Shown here: piece by piece, positions 25,436-37,237 of the stretch | How positions within the stretch are numbered: position 1 is the first letter of the stretch | How the letters are laid out: every line of letters begins with the position of its first letter | Assembly (NCBI GenBank): GCA_950097015.1 | Contig: CATNEN010000038.1 | Span: 34,038,001 to 34,102,000, forward strand | Length of the DNA stretch: 64,000 nucleotides | Reading direction: 5' to 3' | Source of the DNA: Macrostomum hystrix | Lineage: Eukaryota > Animalia > Platyhelminthes | Translations under genes and position numbers: made by a program | Notes under the pieces: generated by a model | What the model saw: the letters and a program-made list of their open reading frames with translations, nothing else | Database searches by the model: none | Told to the model about the DNA's origin: nothing

Positions 25436-26908
25436 CTGAAAAATTGGCGCCAGTTTAAAATTTGAATAAAAAACCCGACAAAAAACGATCGTCAACTTTC
25501 AATTAGTTATGCAAAGTTCACAATATGAGATTTACTATTTTGTTTCATTAATTAGCTTAGAAGAAATAGTTGAAGCTTTCTTAAGCCGGTGTTGTGTTGT
25601 CCATGGTTGTTCGGACGCACGTTCATTATACAGCAGAGTCGGACTTTAAAAGTGGCGCCACTCTTTCAAGCACGCTGGTAAAATAGTACGTACGCCAAAC
25701 ACTCACTCCAATGCTTTGGAACTTAAACTCAGAACTGTGGAATTTCACAATCTATAAAACGAGAGTCGGGATCAAAGTACAGACTCGAAAGGGTCCTCGG
25801 AGTTGGAAGCAAACCACTTGCAACTAGGCAAGTGAGACAAAAATAGCTCACTATAAGAGATAAGGGTTAAATTAAGGTCGGCAGATTTCAACCTTGAGTT
25901 GTGATGCATCATTGACCAATGTTACACATGCTTCTAAGAAAAAACCTCTTCTGTAATTGAGACTGCGGAGAAATACACTGCACTTGTAAAGAAAAGTATG
26001 ATTTGTGTACTTGATATTTTAGTCTATGGCCTGCTTAAAGGGCAAATGTTTCATATTTGCGATTTTATTTGCAGTCGATTTTGCTTGAAGTGACCACTTA
26101 AAATATTTTCAGAATCTCGATTATTGGAAAAAATGAAAATGGAAAATTTACGAGCATATTGTTTTATATAAGTCTCGATATGAATGGGCCATAGACAATC
26201 AAATCTACTTGCCTCTCCCTATATAAAAAATCAACTATGGTCTATCAGTGGCCCTGAAAAGGGCCGTTTTAACTATCAACATCAATATCTGTTGCAGTGT
26301 CGCGTTATCTGACACAAGTGGTCTCTTACTAAAAAGGCTTTTGGTATTATTCACAAGGGTAACGCCCTGGGTTAGAGGATCAAAACCTCAATAAGAGTTG
26401 CTTACTTTACACTTTTAAGTCATTCATGAAAGGACCAAGACAAACAAAGTTTACTTTTATTATGTTTTTTTGAAGCTGTCAGCCTCCAAAGCCCAGTGCA
26501 CATTGGTTTGTTTCTAATCACTTCACTACTTTAATAAAACATATTTTCAACTATGAAAATACTCAATAGTTGTAATATAAAAACACTAATAATAGCATTA
26601 TTTTACCATTATTTCCCTCAATTTAAAGACATTAGAAAAAAACAAAAACAGCTATAACAATATGTCTAACAACATTGCTGTCTCAGATGGCTCACAAATT
26701 CTAGATTATTTTTTATAGTATTGACATCAGCAGCAATTCCTGATTCCGCAATGCATTTTTCTTCTCTAGGCTGCAAACATGTTTATACAATTAAGTCTTC
26801 TAACTTAATATTTCTACTTTAGCAGTCCCTTTTGAAATTACTAAGGATGCAAACATTGTGGAGAAGTGGAATTTGGTTTTCAAAATCCAATTATTAAACA
26901 ATTCACTA

Positions 26909-27236
26909 CCCGAGAAAAAAACTTTGTAAACTTGTCAAATCCCAATGGTACTTTGTACTTGACTATACTTAAAAAGTTTGTCATGTTGGAGATTTAAGTA
27001 CTTAGCAAGAAGTAGGCCGGTCGACATGTAGTTCAAACATTAAATAACTTAAAAAGTACTTGGAAGTTATTATCTGAAATAGTTAGTTTGTATCTAGGTA
27101 CTTGAAAGTAACTTTAAATTAAAATCAACATCCCAAACTTGCCAAGCTTGTAACAATACTTTGCAGTAATTATTCAAGTATGTCATGTTTACTTTCAAAG
27201 TTACTTGTCAGGTTTATCATAATATTTTTTCTTGGA
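26909..27236. mobile_element. Possible MITE with CCC termini
   Basis: CCCGAGAAAAAAA ... TTTTTTTCTTGGA ends, TA flanks, internal TACTT/AAGT repeats. Confidence 0.35.
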
Positions 27237-28154
27237 TATGTGTCCAATATAATAACAAATTTAGTTTAGAGACTATATAAGGGCAGGGCTTTCTGAATAA
27301 ATCAAATGAATTTGAGAAGGACTCTAAGTAATTTTTTTAATATAATAGTCTCTAATATTAATTACCTAAATGTTAATTACCAAAGAATATGATTCAGGTG
27401 TACCTGCATGCAAGGGCTCATAAAAAGTTAGAAACAAAGTTGCAATTAATAATCACAAAAAATTAAATATTCTTTCAAGAACAATGGCATACATTATAAG
27501 AAAAAATACAAAGTCAGCTAGCGAATGTAGTGAAGCAGTAATATAGCTAGAAAAGAACATACATTTTACATAGAAACATAACAAATCAACAATCTAAACT
27601 CTGCACTTTTATAGAATTCTATCTACCTAGCTATGTTGCTTGCTTGCTAGTTTGCTAGCTTAGCTGATCAACATACACCTCAAAAAAAACCATCTTTCCA
27701 GCTTAATAAATTCTACTTAGTATACATAGAATACGTAGGATGTTTCGAATGACATTGTGCCTAGTGTAGTGCTCACGACACGTGCATGCAGGCCTGATTT
27801 TCGTTGAATAGAAATCCATTGAATTTGAAAATGTGCGATGTAAACAACTATACGTTATAACTTCATGAACACAATATTTAGATTTAAAGCGAGTCAGACG
27901 GTTTGCTTTTTTATGAAAAAATGACGAACAGCTCAAATTACGTTTAATTTTTTTGTCCACAACAGTTCGCTTAATTTATTGTATACTTTATGCCGATATA
28001 GAAAAATTAACTAAATAAAAGTTTGGCTCGATGTCGACACGATCACAATGTGCCACAAAACTGGCCAACGAAGTCTATCACTCACGGCATTTAAAGCTAT
28101 TGTAGTGGGAGCATATTTTGTCATTGGTCGGTAGCAGTTGGTTCCGTCTATTTA

Positions 28155-28432
28155 TAGAACAGTGCAAATTCACGCCTGGTCGGGATCGGGGCCATGCAGC
28201 CATACATGCAGGTGGGCAGACGCCAACCACCCCGTCAACTCTATCCATGGGCTGGAGTCCCAGCCAATCAGGTTATGATCCGGCCTCGCTGAATTTCTAC
28301 CCCGGCGAGAAACCATGCACCCTAAGGCTATAGGAAGTGGTCGCGCAAGTCTACTGTGATTCCTGCACCCATAAGGCTCAAGGTGCCAGCCTGACAGCCA
28401 CCCCACCCCGCCAACCGCCCTATCAGGGGTCA
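28155..28432. mobile_element. GC-rich ~280-bp insertion bounded by 14-bp direct repeats (retroelement fragment)
   Basis: GTTCCGTCTATTTA (28141-28154) and GTTCGGTCTATTTA (28433-28446) flank a compositionally distinct segment. Confidence 0.5.
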
Positions 28433-29744
28433 GTTCGGTCTATTTAATGAAACGCGTTTTCGCCGTGTCCGAAAACTACTACTCTTCGGCCCATTGTCGC
28501 CTAAATTGAACTTCTAATTCGCCTCGATCACCTCGTGAGAAGCAAGAAAGTCGCGCTCTAAGCGCGTGTGATTGCTCCGGCCAGCTTATTTGATTGTTCC
28601 ATCCCAATTCCCGACCACAAGCTGCTTGTCAGTTAGGTGCTCTCGGCGTTCTGCATCTTGAGAGTGCGCTGCTGGTCAGAGTGGTCTAATTAGGTGCCTG
28701 TTGTTAAATTCAGTAAGTGCTCTCTTCAGAGACTTACTTTTACTTCGAAGACTGTCGTGATCGCGTCTACATCAACCCATCATTAACATCCATCACCGCT
28801 GCTACTATTGAACTGATTGGTATAGGACACCGAACCCGGTGAGTAGACAATTAACTATAAGCTTTGAATCCTCCTGATGCTCCAAGTAGGTTTGTCTGGG
28901 ATATATTTCTTATTTATATGCTTCCTGAGTAATTTAAATTAAAATTTACTGAAGTTGTAGCGGCAGATATCATTGTGTCTATCGAAATTTTGGTCCTTAA
29001 AATCTAAATGATCAAGGGGGCCGGCATGATAACTATAGGTAACATCTACGTCTAGACGACTTGATTGTGTCGTCTAATGTTACACACATGTGCTAATACA
29101 TGTACCTGGGCAAATATGTGCCTCAAAATCACGAATTTCCATTGAATCTTTGCTCTGTAAAATACTGAAGCTGCAGTGCATCCTAGCTGCATGGAAACTC
29201 AACTGCAGACTATCTCTGTAGTATAAAGACGGTGAACAATAGCTCTATACGATGTTTGAAGAGCAGGCAATACGTACTGTTTTGGTAGCTCTGAGACACT
29301 GTTACATGGGTTTTTTAATTATTTATTTGCTGAGCTACAGACCTGATCTCTGTGCTCTCTCACCGCGTACGTGTTCTCGATCAGCTCATCATGCAGGAAA
29401 TGGCGCGCGTGCTGCAAGCTGAAATATAACGTCAAATTTAGCTCTCTCAGAGATTTTCTCGGGATTTTGAGAAAGGACAGCCTATGCAGGGCAGGGGACA
29501 GATTTTTTGGCCACATTCTTCAGCAATCTCAGAGGAGCTGGCATTTAAATTTTTCACGAGATCTTGGCCACAATTTACTACCTCTTACTTCCTGCTGCAG
29601 CATTAAGTAAGAATCATTTTATTGCCAGTGCAATGTATGCAGTGTACAGTTATTTTTACACTTTCCCTTTTTTGATCTGTGAATATTTTGCTAAGCATAC
29701 AAGTTGAAATAGTTTACTTGGGCTGACGGAAACAAACAACGTAG

Positions 29745-29973
29745 ATTTATTGATTAATTGATAGACTGGACGTTGAAAGGAGAGAAAGATAGATAAATAG
29801 ATAGATGGATTGATAGATAGACTGGAAGATATATAGTGGGAGAGATTGATAGATTGATAGATTGACTGAATGATTGATAGACTGGATAATAGTTGATTAA
29901 TTAACAGATTAATTGATAAACTGGAAGATAGTAGAAGAGATCAATAGATAGATATATTGATTGATTGATAGAT
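29745..29973. repeat. Degenerate (GATA/GATT)n microsatellite
   Basis: Repeated GATAGATT/GATTGATA and GACTGGA units. Confidence 0.75.
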
Positions 29974-29974
29974 C

Positions 29975-30170
29975 GTGGCCGGCCCAAAACACTTTAGATT
30001 TCTACCCAGAAAATGCAGTTACCCATTTTACAGCTGGGTGTACGGAGGTAAAGCGATCGGGAATCATAGTTTCAGTGCTACTCAAAGATGCAAACTAATT
30101 CCCAGGGTTGCGATTCGAACCAATGACCTCCTGATCAGAAGTCCGAAGCTCCTCACCAACTGGGCTACAA
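29975..30170 (-). mobile_element. tRNA(Arg)-like-headed SINE family C
   Basis: Minus strand TGTAGCCCAGTTGG...GGACTTCTGATC...GGTTCGAATC head, plus a CACCCAGCTGTAAAATGGGTAAC conserved domain also seen in family A. Confidence 0.75.
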
Positions 30171-30242
30171 ATCAGACAAATAAGATTATTGACTTACTAT
30201 ACGATATTACATGCAATATATAAAGACCAAATGAGAGAAACG

Positions 30243-30994
30243 AATTGGGATATCGATGGATGATTGGGATATCGATAGATAATTGGGATATCACCAGATA
30301 ATTAGGATATCGATTGATAATAGGGAAATCGATGGATAATTAGGATATCACTATATAATTGGGATCTCGATGGATAATTGGGATTATCGATGGATAATTG
30401 GGATCTCGATGGATGATTGGGATCTTGATGGATAATTGGGATCTCGATGGATAATTAGGATATCGATGGATGATTGGGATATCGATGGATAATTGGGATA
30501 TCGATGGATAATTGGGATATCGATGGATATTGGGATATCGATGGATAATTGGGATCTCGATGGATAAGTAGGATATCGATGGATGATTGGGATATCGATA
30601 GATAATTGGGATATCACCGGATAATTAGGATATCGATTGATAATTTGGATATCAATGGATAATTGGGATATCGATAGATAATTGGGATATTGATAGATAA
30701 TTGGGATACCGATAGATAATTGGGATATCACTGGATAATTGGGATATCGATAGATGATTGGGATATCACTGGATAATTGGGATATCACTGGATAATTGGG
30801 ATCTTGATGGATAATTGGGATCTCGATGGATAATTAGGATATCGATGGATGATTGGGATATCGATAGATAATTGGGATATCACCGGATAATTAGGATGTC
30901 GATTGATAATTGGGATATCGATGGATTATTGGGATATCGATGGATATTGGGATATCGATGGATATTGGGATATCGATGGATAATTGGGATATCG
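30243..30994. repeat. Minisatellite, 19-bp unit
   Basis: Tandem ATCGATGGATAATTGGGAT variants. Confidence 0.96.
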
Positions 30995-31538
30995 TCAACG
31001 AGTTTTGTGAAAGCATATGTATATTATCCATCGATTGTATTCAAATTTCTAATTTTCATTAAACTTCCCAATATCTTTACTTGCTAATCGAAAACTGAGT
31101 CTGTGCTCTTAAGCAACAGGCCTAAATTCCAAGTCCGTTGCGATATGTAGAGAAATTTTATAGGTTGGGAAATGGGCGGGCCTACAGTCCATGGACTGGA
31201 TAGATAAAGCTTCAATTTCTAATATAATTTTTGTTATAAAACAGTCGATCTTCTAATTTAAGCACAATATGAGAAGCTTAATTTCACTACGCTAGAGTTG
31301 ATTGTTTATATGCCTTGCATTCAAGAACTGACACAGAGGTCCACTTTAATTAGTTCCACATTCAAAGCTGTGGTTAATTCAAGATGCATGATATAAACAG
31401 CCATTTGTAATGACATGCGAAGTATGAATGGACCACACACGAAGCTGTGATGAAATTTGAGTCATTCAGTATATTAATACATTGAATATAATTAATTAAT
31501 AATAATAATTTAGTACAACCTGCATCCAATAGAGCCAG

Positions 31539-31785
31539 GTGTGCAGCCGACAGCACAGCCGCAGCTATTGCGTGGCGCATCTGAAGGCTGCGTACGGTTG
31601 TTCAGTCCATGGACTGGGGGCGGACGCCACACCCACCCTTACATTACCTTAGCTAATTGCTGTTACCCATTTAACAGCTTTTTGAATTTAAGCGCAAACA
31701 CCAGAATTATTCCAGTGGCATCTAGAATCGAACCCTCGACCTTCAAGTCGTAAGTCAGACGCTCTAGCCACTAGGCTAATACCCC
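31539..31785 (-). mobile_element. tRNA-derived SINE family A
   Basis: Homologous to 22805-23065 in both tail and head. Confidence 0.85.
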
Positions 31786-32663
31786 TTATCATTAAGGGGC
31801 TGTAACTGAATATTTTAGTAACTAATGCTTAGGCTTGCATATTGCGGCAGTGCGTGTAAGGGCCAGAACCGATTTACTTTGACACACAGTACACTATACA
31901 ATATAGCCATATTCGAGATAGAGTAGAAAATGCTAGAGACCATATGCCGTGTACTCAATGCAAATAACGCCCTCTTTTGTTTACAGGGGCCGACAATGCC
32001 AAAACCTCTCTGCTCAGCTCACTCTATTGCTCAGAATTCTCCAATTTTCTTTCCTCCCTCTCTGCTCAAACCGTCTTTTTTTTACTCTATACCTTTTCTG
32101 GCCCCCAATAGGTCTCGGCACTAGAGGCTTGAGGTCTGTCTATCGACTCGGTACCAGTAAACGCTGTCAGCCATTTCTCACAGGCAAATCGCCCTAGAAG
32201 GCTGCGTGACTCTGAACCAGCTGCCAACCAAAAATAACAATTTTTTTGCTAAATTATACTTCTGTGTACTGTACGCCCAGTCTTTTTAGCATAAATACTT
32301 GTCAGCTTCAAAGTTTCAATTTTTGGACGACAATACAGATATTTTTTTATTGCTCGCTTTTTTGTTTTATCGTCGATTGATATGATAGGGATTAGAGCCT
32401 AGGATTAGCTGTGAGATATAAGGTAAGTTCTTCGATCGATATTTCGATATTAAAGTGCACCTATATATATATATATATAGTGTCTGCACAACAAAAGTAC
32501 AATTAATAATTCCCACTAATATAATTTTAAGCTTAACGCCATCACTAACTCGCAAAGAAGAATTTAACTAGCTTTCACGTCTCTAGAACCATTTCATCAA
32601 ATTTCACCACCACTAAAGCTCAAAAAATCCCTAAATAATGTACATGTAGCTTCAGTTTTCCCA

Positions 32664-33115
32664 GGTGTAGAATCTTAGGGGTGTGGAACTTAGGGGTGTG
32701 GAACTTAGGGGTGTGGAATTTAAGGGTGTGGAATTTAAGGGTGTGGAATTTAGGGGTGTGGAATTTAAGGGTGTGGAATTTAGGGGTGTGGAATTTAAGG
32801 GTGTGGAATTTAAGGGTGTGGAATTTAGGGGTGTGGAATTTAGGGGTGTGGAATTTAGGGGTGTGGAATTTAAGGGTGTGGAATTTAAGGGTGTGGAATT
32901 TAGGGGTGTGGAATTTAGGGGTGTGGAATTTAGGGGTGTGGAATTTAGGGGTGTGGAATTTAAGGGTGTGGAATTTAAGGGTGTGGAATTTAGGGGTGTG
33001 GAATTTAGGGGTGTAGAATTTAGGGGTGTGGAATTTAAGGGTGTGGAATTTTAGGGTGTGGAATTTAAGGGTGTAGAATTTAGGGGTGTGGAATTTAGGG
33101 GTGTGGAATTTAGGG
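32664..33115. repeat. 15-bp G-rich minisatellite containing TTAGGG
   Basis: About 30 copies of GTGTGGAATTTA(G/A)GG. Confidence 0.97.
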
Positions 33116-33924
33116 ATCCTAAAACTCTAATCTAATAGGATTTATGGCAAAAATAGAGTGACACTTGTGTAGGATCCTTTGAAAATAAGGACAAAAGGCC
33201 CTACGCACGAAAGCCAATTAGAAAAAGGATTTTTGTGCATTTAGCAGTCTGGAATCTTGAATTTGGCGACTTTACACTGAGAGAGCTCTGTGCATCCACC
33301 CCACATTACCAGAGAATCTCCATTTCTCACTTGACAACATAATGCAGGTAGGTATCTGAGGGGAGTCGGGGCTATATAGGTTTAGGTTTTATAAAGCTGA
33401 CATTGCACATTGGACCCAGCTGGGGGGTGGGGCGACTTTTCTCTGTTTACAATTTCCCAGAGAGATGGAATTGAGTTTCGTGAGCACGTGCTGCATGAGT
33501 TTGTCACCAGGACTGGGGATTGGTCGCCGGGCGCACTCATTCTTTAATCCCCTTATCCTGTCCCTCTCCCCACCAGTTCCCCTGTCTCCCCCTCGCCGTC
33601 GTCCTTCCCACGCGCCCGTCCCAATTCTAATTTCCTCTCCTTCACTCCGCCTGGTCCCCAAAGGCATGCAAGAATTTATAATCTTATCTGGTGCAGCCGT
33701 GGCAGCTCCTTGATTTGCTCATTGGGTGGCCGCTCTGCAATGGCCCGCACTTGAGTTTTGTTTTCAAGCCCTGTTGTTGCGCTGAACTGACACTAAATTG
33801 AATATTTAAAACAAGCCTGGTTTTGTTTGACTGCAGTGATTGAATTTCAATTGTAAAACGCTTCTTTGTTGCTGTTTTTCTGCTCTTACAATAACTGCAG
33901 GTAAGCTTCCGACGCACCAATACT

Positions 33925-34230
33925 ATGAGACTGAGGAGAGATGAGACAGGGGAGGGATGAGATTAAGGAGAGATGAGATAATGGAGAGATGAGACAGGAG
34001 GGAGATGAGACACGAGAGAGATGAGACTGGGGAGAGATAACACAGGTGAGAGATGAGACAGGTACGAGATGAGACGGGGGAAAAATGAAGAGACATGAGA
34101 GAGATGAGTCAGGGAAGAGAAAACACAGAGGAAAGATAAGGCAGTCGAGAGATGAGACTAGGGAGAGATAAGACAGGTGAGCGATGAGAGTGAAATGAGA
34201 CACGCGAGAGTTAAGACTCGGGAGACAGAT
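33925..34230. repeat. Purine-rich degenerate repeat
   Basis: Repeated GAGATGAGAC motifs. Confidence 0.8.
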
Positions 34231-34437
34231 GAACGTTCATGCACTCTCGTTCATGGGCGCACATAATACGACTAAGATTCCAGTCCTGAGAATTAGTGCG
34301 ATCTCGCTGCGGATTCGAGCTCAGGACTTTGGTAGAATATCTTAAAGTTTCTCAAGTGGCATAAATGCGAAGAGCTTTTAGATTTAGATTTGGAACATTG
34401 TCTGAACGAATTAAAAACCGATTGAACAGCAGGTGTG

Positions 34438-36420
34438 ATGACCAGGTACCGGGAGCGCTATCACCAGGCAGCTAGAGACGGCTACCTGGATCTGCTGCGC
34501 GAGGCCACGCGGTCAGAAGCGGACGGACCCGATGAGAATGGCATGAGTCCAGTGATGTGGGCTGCCTTCTATGGCAACGTTGACGCACTGAGACTGCTCA
34601 TACAGAGAGGGTGAGCACAAAAACAGGAAAACTTTAGCGGACTGTCTAGCTGTATAGCCTAAATTGGTGGTTTTGCCACCAGACAACCCGACGAGAATTT
34701 CTCGATGATGCTTTGTGATGTTTTGTGATTCTGGATGAACGGATTGTTTTAGCCCGTGTTCTGCATTTTCATGGCGTTTGGTTGAATATTACGTAACAGA
34801 AAATAAGAAAATGTGGGCTTTTGAAATAACCCAGTATTTCGCATATTTCCCATTTCCTAAAAAGTTCAGCAAACAAGTAGTCTTGCTTGCTTCTGCATGA
34901 ATTCGGAATATATTCATGAATGAGTTCAACACGGCTTACCAATTTAATCCCCTCGAAATTCAAACAGTGGAAGTCCGGACAAAACTGATCACATGGGCAG
35001 CAGCGCGCTGCACTTTGCCGCTCTGAACGGCCACATGAACTGCGTCACCTTCCTGGTGAACTTCGGCGCCAACATCTGGACGCTAGACAATGACTATCAC
35101 ACGGCGCTAGATCTTGCCGGACTTCGCGATCATCGCGACATCGTTGAGTACCTGGACGGCGTGGCCGGCAAGCAGGTGAGCATGAATCGCCGGGTTGTCG
35201 CCAAGATGCGCGAGAAGGCCGCCCTGGACGCGCAGAAGCGGATCAAAAAATTCGACCGGCTGATGCGCAAAACCAGCAAGAAGCTCGCCAAGGATGACAA
35301 GCAGCAGCAGGCGGCACTGTCGGCGTCGTTCAATTCGTCGTCATCATCGACTAGCACAATGCTGCGCTCGGGCGCGACTAGCAATCCAAACTATCGGCAT
35401 CGAACGCGATCTGGCACGAGCAACGGTGACGACGTCAACCGCGGATCCGAGGAAGTCGGTGAGGCATCCGTGCCGCGGCAAAGATCGCATTCATTCGGCG
35501 TCAATGGCGGCGGTGGCAGCGGACGCAGCGGCAGCCTCTCTGATTTTGTCGGAGCAGTTTCTCTGCGACGGCATCAGAACGGCGCCGCCTCTGGCAACGG
35601 TCCGAGACCCTTCTCGGAGTACCTGACCAGTGCGCGGTCGAATCGCAGTCGTTACACCTTCGGCGCCGCTCGAAAAGTTGTCAGCCACAATCGGCAGCAG
35701 CAACAGCAGCAACAGCAGTCAGGTGGCAATAATAAGGACTATGGTGACTACACCGACGCTAACAGAGCTCTGTCAGCGTCTTCACAGAGCTCAGACATTG
35801 TGTACGCGCGAACAAGCGCCGACGGTCGGTCAATAATTTCCGGAACGACCTCGGAGCCGGACATGCAACAGCCGCAGGACGCCGGCCTGTTTGAGAGGCC
35901 CGGGTTTGGAAGCGTGGCCTTCTTTCATCGTCAACAACGAACGCCTAATCAGGCTGCTCTGATGGCGCGAACTCTCAGCTCGCTGAAGGACTCGGCCGGA
36001 CCTCCGGCCCAACCGGCGCTGCTTCAACCACCGTCGCCATCGTATAGCCGCCACAGCGGCGCAGCCGACTCAATCGGCACCTCCGGCAGCCTGCTGCGTC
36101 GATGGCGCGACCTGCCTTGGTCGGCTGAGGACCTCGACAACCTTGAGGATGACTACGAAGACGACGAAGGCGGTAACGGCCCTCTGGTGCAGCGGAAGCA
36201 GGCGGATCTGGAGCTGTTCCTGGAGTGCTTAGGCCTGACCGAGTGCATGCCGGCGCTGATGAGGGAACAGATCGACTTGGACTCGCTGAACCTGTGCACC
36301 GATGCCGATCTGCAAAGCCTCGGCCTACCGCTTGGCCCGCGGCGAAAAATACTCGAAGCGGTGCAGCGTCGAAGAGTAGCTTTTGAGCGGCCCGACTGTC
36401 TTGTGGACTTGCGCCTTTGA
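34438..36420 (+). CDS. USH1G: USH1G (SANS)/ANKS4B-like ankyrin-SAM scaffold (~541 aa)
   Basis: Exons 34438-34610 and 34968-36420 (phase 2). [36 protein letters not shown], central LFERPGFG and LPW motifs, and a C-terminal SAM domain ([12 protein letters not shown]). Confidence 0.93.
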
Positions 36421-37237
36421 ACATCGCTTCTTTCTGCTTGTAATTATTTCTGTTGAAAGAACATCATGCGCCTTGATTCAATTTGAACTGATAAGTCATG
36501 TACTCGGTTCTTCAGTGTCACAGAAAATTCAGAAATTCAATTATTATTGCATAACATTAAAGAATCTTAGAATACAATGTCCTGCTCAAGGACATGAAAT
36601 TTAACCCTAAATTTCTTTCAATTAGGTTAGGATTTAGGACACAAATTCTTTGCATTGTCGCCTTAAGTTTTGTTATTTCTAAGCGTTATTCGTCACAATT
36701 CGTTCGTTCTTCAGTTCACTTTAATCTATACTACTGATTGCTTTATACAGTAGTAATGCTTGCGTTCTATTTTTTGTTGTGCCCTACAAACCATCGATGT
36801 ATAGAAAAAACGCTCTTATTTCTTTGAGTGTAAAAATATTCAAAAAATATAAGACTTTGATTAGCACTGAATGTTGTAAATGGCATACATGCTTTTCAAG
36901 CTGCAGTTATCTTCAATACAAGACAGGGGTGAGTTACAATTGAGTAACAAATATTAAAACGAAACGACAAGCAAAACCAAATATATTTTTAATGTCAGGA
37001 CAGTTAGTAATCTAGCTATATTACTCACCAGTATATAAAAAGAATTTCGCTGTGCAGAAATAGTTAAAATTCACAACGACAGAATTACCGAAATAAATGG
37101 ACACATATCAAAAAATACACAGAAACTTCCGGTTTCCGATTTTCTTTGTTTCTGAGAGCACAATAAAGTACATTTGAAAAGTCGTAGATTTTGAAAGTAA
37201 AATTAAGATCTGAGTCGCCTTCTAGTTCATCTTGGAC

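Noticed and set aside
17138-33054. Repetitive ORFs in arrays (17138-17948, 19254-20800, 30384-30788, 32681-33054)
   Set aside because: They are translations of minisatellites that lack stops in some frames; no splice or homology support
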